A stretch of DNA of 38,654 nucleotides, taken from a bacterium (GTDB taxonomy: Bacteria; Zhuqueibacterota; Zhuqueibacteria; Oceanimicrobiales; Oceanimicrobiaceae). Shown piece after piece: positions 36,142 to 38,654 of this stretch. A program made the translations under genes and the position numbers. Numbering within the stretch: position 1 is the first letter of the stretch; each line of letters begins with the position of its first letter. Under the pieces are notes generated by a model, which saw only the letters and a program-made list of their open reading frames with translations, searched no databases and was not told the origin of the DNA. The stretch is from contig JBBIIG010000021.1 in the NCBI GenBank assembly GCA_037446635.1, positions 26,508-65,161 on the forward strand, given 5' to 3'.

Positions 36142-37326
36142 ATGAATTCCTCAAGAATTAAACGAGTCGGCCGCGCGGCAATTTGGCTCGTCATCGCGAG
36201 TTTGATGGCCTGCAATTACGAGGACCCAGCCGTCATTTTCGATCCGAACGCCACCGGCGCGCCGACGCCGGTGATTACCGCCCTCGATCCCAGCGACGAG
36301 GCCGTCGCCGGCGTAACTCGCATTCGAATCCTCGGCAGCAATTTCGCGCCGGCGGTCGATCAGAATTTCGTCTATTTCGGCGCGGCTCGAGGCGCCGTTC
36401 TCGCAGCTTCGACCACCGAGCTAACCGTGATCCCGCCGCTTCTCATCGCGGATTCCTTAACGGTGCGGGTCGAGGTGCAGAATGCCTTTCTGCCGGCGGT
36501 TTATGCCCAACCGTATCGCTTAACGCCCATCGCCACGCCATACGGGAATCTGGGACGAGTGCGGGTGATCACGGTGGATGGCGATGAAAACCTGTTTGCC
36601 AGTAACAGCGGCGGTTCGGTCTTTAAATTAGCTCGCGATCTGACTGTGACACGATACGGCTCCTTGAGCTTTCCCACCGCTTCAACCATGCGGATTGGGC
36701 CGGAGGGATTTTTATACGTGCAGCGCAATGAGAATATCCGCCTCTACCGCATCCCCCCCGGCGGCGGCGCGGACGCCGAGTTCGTGCGCTTTCCCCAGGC
36801 CGTTTCATTCTTCGATTTCGACGCCAACGGCAACATTTTCGCCGGCGGCGAACGGGGATTATTTGTGCTGACGCCCGGCGGCGCGCCGCGCGCCGTGGGC
36901 CAGTACCAAACAACGGTGATTCAAGCGGTGCGTGTTTTTAACGGCTATGTTTATGTTGCAACCGGCAATCCTGCTCCCGGCGTCTCGCGTAATCAAATCC
37001 TATCCGCAGACGGCAGCCTCGGCGATAATGAGCTGGTTTTTGATTGGAGCAGCGCCAGCGGCTTCTCCACCTTTCAAATCAGCGACATCACCTTTGCTGA
37101 AGATGGCGACCTTTACATCGCCGCCGCGGCCAAAGCCGCCGATCCCATTCTTGTCGTTCATCCGGACGCGAGTACAGAAATCCTCTACCCGGGCGTGCTC
37201 AGCTTCGTCGTCGCCGATTTCGTTTGGGGCAACGACGAATTTCTCTATATCAACCACGACAATAACTCGGGCGTCAGCCGCATCGCCATGGGCAAACGCG
37301 GCGCGCCCTATCACGGTCGTGAATAA
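36142..37326 (+). CDS. Lipoprotein with IPT/TIG domain and NHL/SMP-30-like beta-propeller
   Basis: Lipobox LMAC, PVITALDP..I.GSNF....N.VYFG (IPT/TIG), and repeated D.DGN.Y/F blades. Confidence 0.8.
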   Translation: MNSSRIKRVGRAAIWLVIASLMACNYEDPAVIFDPNATGAPTPVITALDPSDEAVAGVTRIRILGSNFAPAVDQNFVYFGAARGAVLAASTTELTVIPPLLIADSLTVRVEVQNAFLPAVYAQPYRLTPIATPYGNLGRVRVITVDGDENLFASNSGGSVFKLARDLTVTRYGSLSFPTASTMRIGPEGFLYVQRNENIRLYRIPPGGGADAEFVRFPQAVSFFDFDANGNIFAGGERGLFVLTPGGAPRAVGQYQTTVIQAVRVFNGYVYVATGNPAPGVSRNQILSADGSLGDNELVFDWSSASGFSTFQISDITFAEDGDLYIAAAAKAADPILVVHPDASTEILYPGVLSFVVADFVWGNDEFLYINHDNNSGVSRIAMGKRGAPYHGRE

Positions 37327-37446
37327 ACTCATTCAAACACCCGGAAAGGAGGGATGCCCGCGAGGGAGTGAAAAAAAGCTATTTCGAGCGAGAGCTTGAA
37401 CGGGGCTCTCAAACCATTCACCAATTTTAATCAAGGGAGGCAAACA

Positions 37447-38654
37447 ATGTTATCGAGACGCGTGTTCACAATTTTTTTGGTGTTGATCGCCGCGGCGGTT
37501 TTTGCCCAAAACAACGCGCCGGTATCCGTGCCGTTTATGGTTAAAGCGCCAACCCCGCCAACCATCGACGCAGACCTGGGCGATTGGAATTTGGTTTATT
37601 GGATCAACTTAAACAAAGCCACCGAGCCGGACGGCGGCCGCACCGAAGTTAATTTCCCAACTGACGGCACCGACGCGGATCTCTCCGGCCAGATCGCGAT
37701 GCAATGGGATGATGACAATCTCTATTTTGCCGCGGTGGTTAACGATGACACCTCGGGTGCGGCCGGCAGCGCCTGGTTCGGGGATGGCATCGAAATTTAC
37801 CTCTCGAACGTTCCCCTGGCTCCGGATGCGCTCCATGGCCCGGACCACGGAACGGTATTTTTTGACGAAGCCAACGGCGATTATGAAGTGCATCTCTTCA
37901 TCCGCTACGACGCCGACGCCGACACCTCCGCGCTGATCGTTTTTATGCCCGCGGTCCTCGGCCAAGTCAAATCGCCCGACGTGGTGATCGATGGCGAGCT
38001 CAACGCCGATGAAAACGGTTATTTCCTCGAAGGCCGAATCGCCTGGAGCGCCATCGCCTCGCCCACCACCGGCAACACCTTTAACTTCAGCGGTGGAGAG
38101 CGCGTGGCGGCCACCTGGAGCTTGATCGATATCGATATCGATGAATCCTCTGAGCGCTACGCCGCCCTGCAGTTTGTTGTTGACCCAACCCGCGGTCCCA
38201 ACGGCAACCCGGGCGGGCCGATTTGGGAAGTTTTGGATGTGCGCTCTGATGCCGCTGCCATCGCCGCCGCACAGGATACGATTTTCACCTACCTCAATGA
38301 ACCGTTTATGAAACGGCCCGATGGCCCGGTCGTCATCGACGCCGATCTCTCCGAATGGAACTTTGCATTTTGGGTTGATATGAACAAGCTCACTGAGCCG
38401 GATGGCGGACGCACCGAGGTCAATTTCCCAACCGACGGCACCGATGCGGATTTGTCCGGACGGGAAGCGCTGATGTGGGACGAAGACTTTCTCTATTTTG
38501 CCGCCGAAGTTAAGGACGACACGGCCGGCGCCGCCGGCAGCGCCTGGTTCGGGGACGGCATCGAGATTTACTTATCGAACGTGGACATCGGCGCGGGCAC
38601 GCTGCACGGCGCCCGGGCGTTAGGCGCGCCCTTCCTGGATGAGGCCAACGGCGG
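37447..38654 (+). CDS. Secreted protein with tandem CBM9/DOMON-like sugar-binding domains (truncated by window end)
   Basis: Absent from the ORF track because it has no stop. AGGGAGG RBS, then MLSRRVFTIFLVLIAAAVFA|QNN..PTIDADLGDW..WDDDNLYFAAVVNDD..WFGDGIEIYL. The domain repeats 771 bp (257 aa) later. Confidence 0.85.
   Translation, partial: MLSRRVFTIFLVLIAAAVFAQNNAPVSVPFMVKAPTPPTIDADLGDWNLVYWINLNKATEPDGGRTEVNFPTDGTDADLSGQIAMQWDDDNLYFAAVVNDDTSGAAGSAWFGDGIEIYLSNVPLAPDALHGPDHGTVFFDEANGDYEVHLFIRYDADADTSALIVFMPAVLGQVKSPDVVIDGELNADENGYFLEGRIAWSAIASPTTGNTFNFSGGERVAATWSLIDIDIDESSERYAALQFVVDPTRGPNGNPGGPIWEVLDVRSDAAAIAAAQDTIFTYLNEPFMKRPDGPVVIDADLSEWNFAFWVDMNKLTEPDGGRTEVNFPTDGTDADLSGREALMWDEDFLYFAAEVKDDTAGAAGSAWFGDGIEIYLSNVDIGAGTLHGARALGAPFLDEANG

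Noticed and set aside
1..38654. tRNA, rRNA, known riboswitches, integrases, IS elements
   Set aside because: None recognised by eye. tRNAscan-SE, Infernal/Rfam and ISEScan runs would be needed to exclude them formally.

Overview
A bacterial chromosomal window, probably from an FCB-superphylum organism such as KSB1/Calditrichota/Ignavibacteria. That placement is inferred from the TonB-receptor + CTD-protein + PorV cluster and the style of the intergenic repeats. (1) 1-11.4 kb is housekeeping: CoxG-like protein, AI-2E transporter, DUF2090 aldolase, glgA, esterase, ECF sigma factor, TMEM14, SDR, hicBA, a pabB-pabC fusion and aat. (2) 11.4-20.5 kb is one ~3000-aa ORF. It fuses a GlcD/VAO-type FAD oxidoreductase, two Fe-S modules, a degenerate and an intact glutamate-synthase FMN barrel, an internal class II glutamine amidotransferase (ERDA|CG) and a GXGXG domain. 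This looks like a permuted, possibly self-cleaving glutamate-synthase polyprotein with its own electron-input module, and it is the most unusual object in the window. (3) 20.7 kb to the end is a divergent N-acetylhexosamine utilisation locus: ROK repressor (frameshifted at an A9 run, with two XylR-like operators), ROK kinase, NagB-PIG-L fusion, SSS symporter and GH20. It continues into a non-SusC/D outer-membrane module: TonB-dependent receptor, CTD-bearing secreted protein, PorV-like barrel, IPT/TIG lipoprotein and a tandem CBM9-like protein cut by the window end. Many spacers carry REP-like palindromes or 7-9 bp tandem repeats, and some of these repeats sit in frame inside the giant gene. 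I saw no rRNA, tRNA, CRISPR array, integrase or transposase. All family assignments come from recognising motifs by eye, not from database searches.
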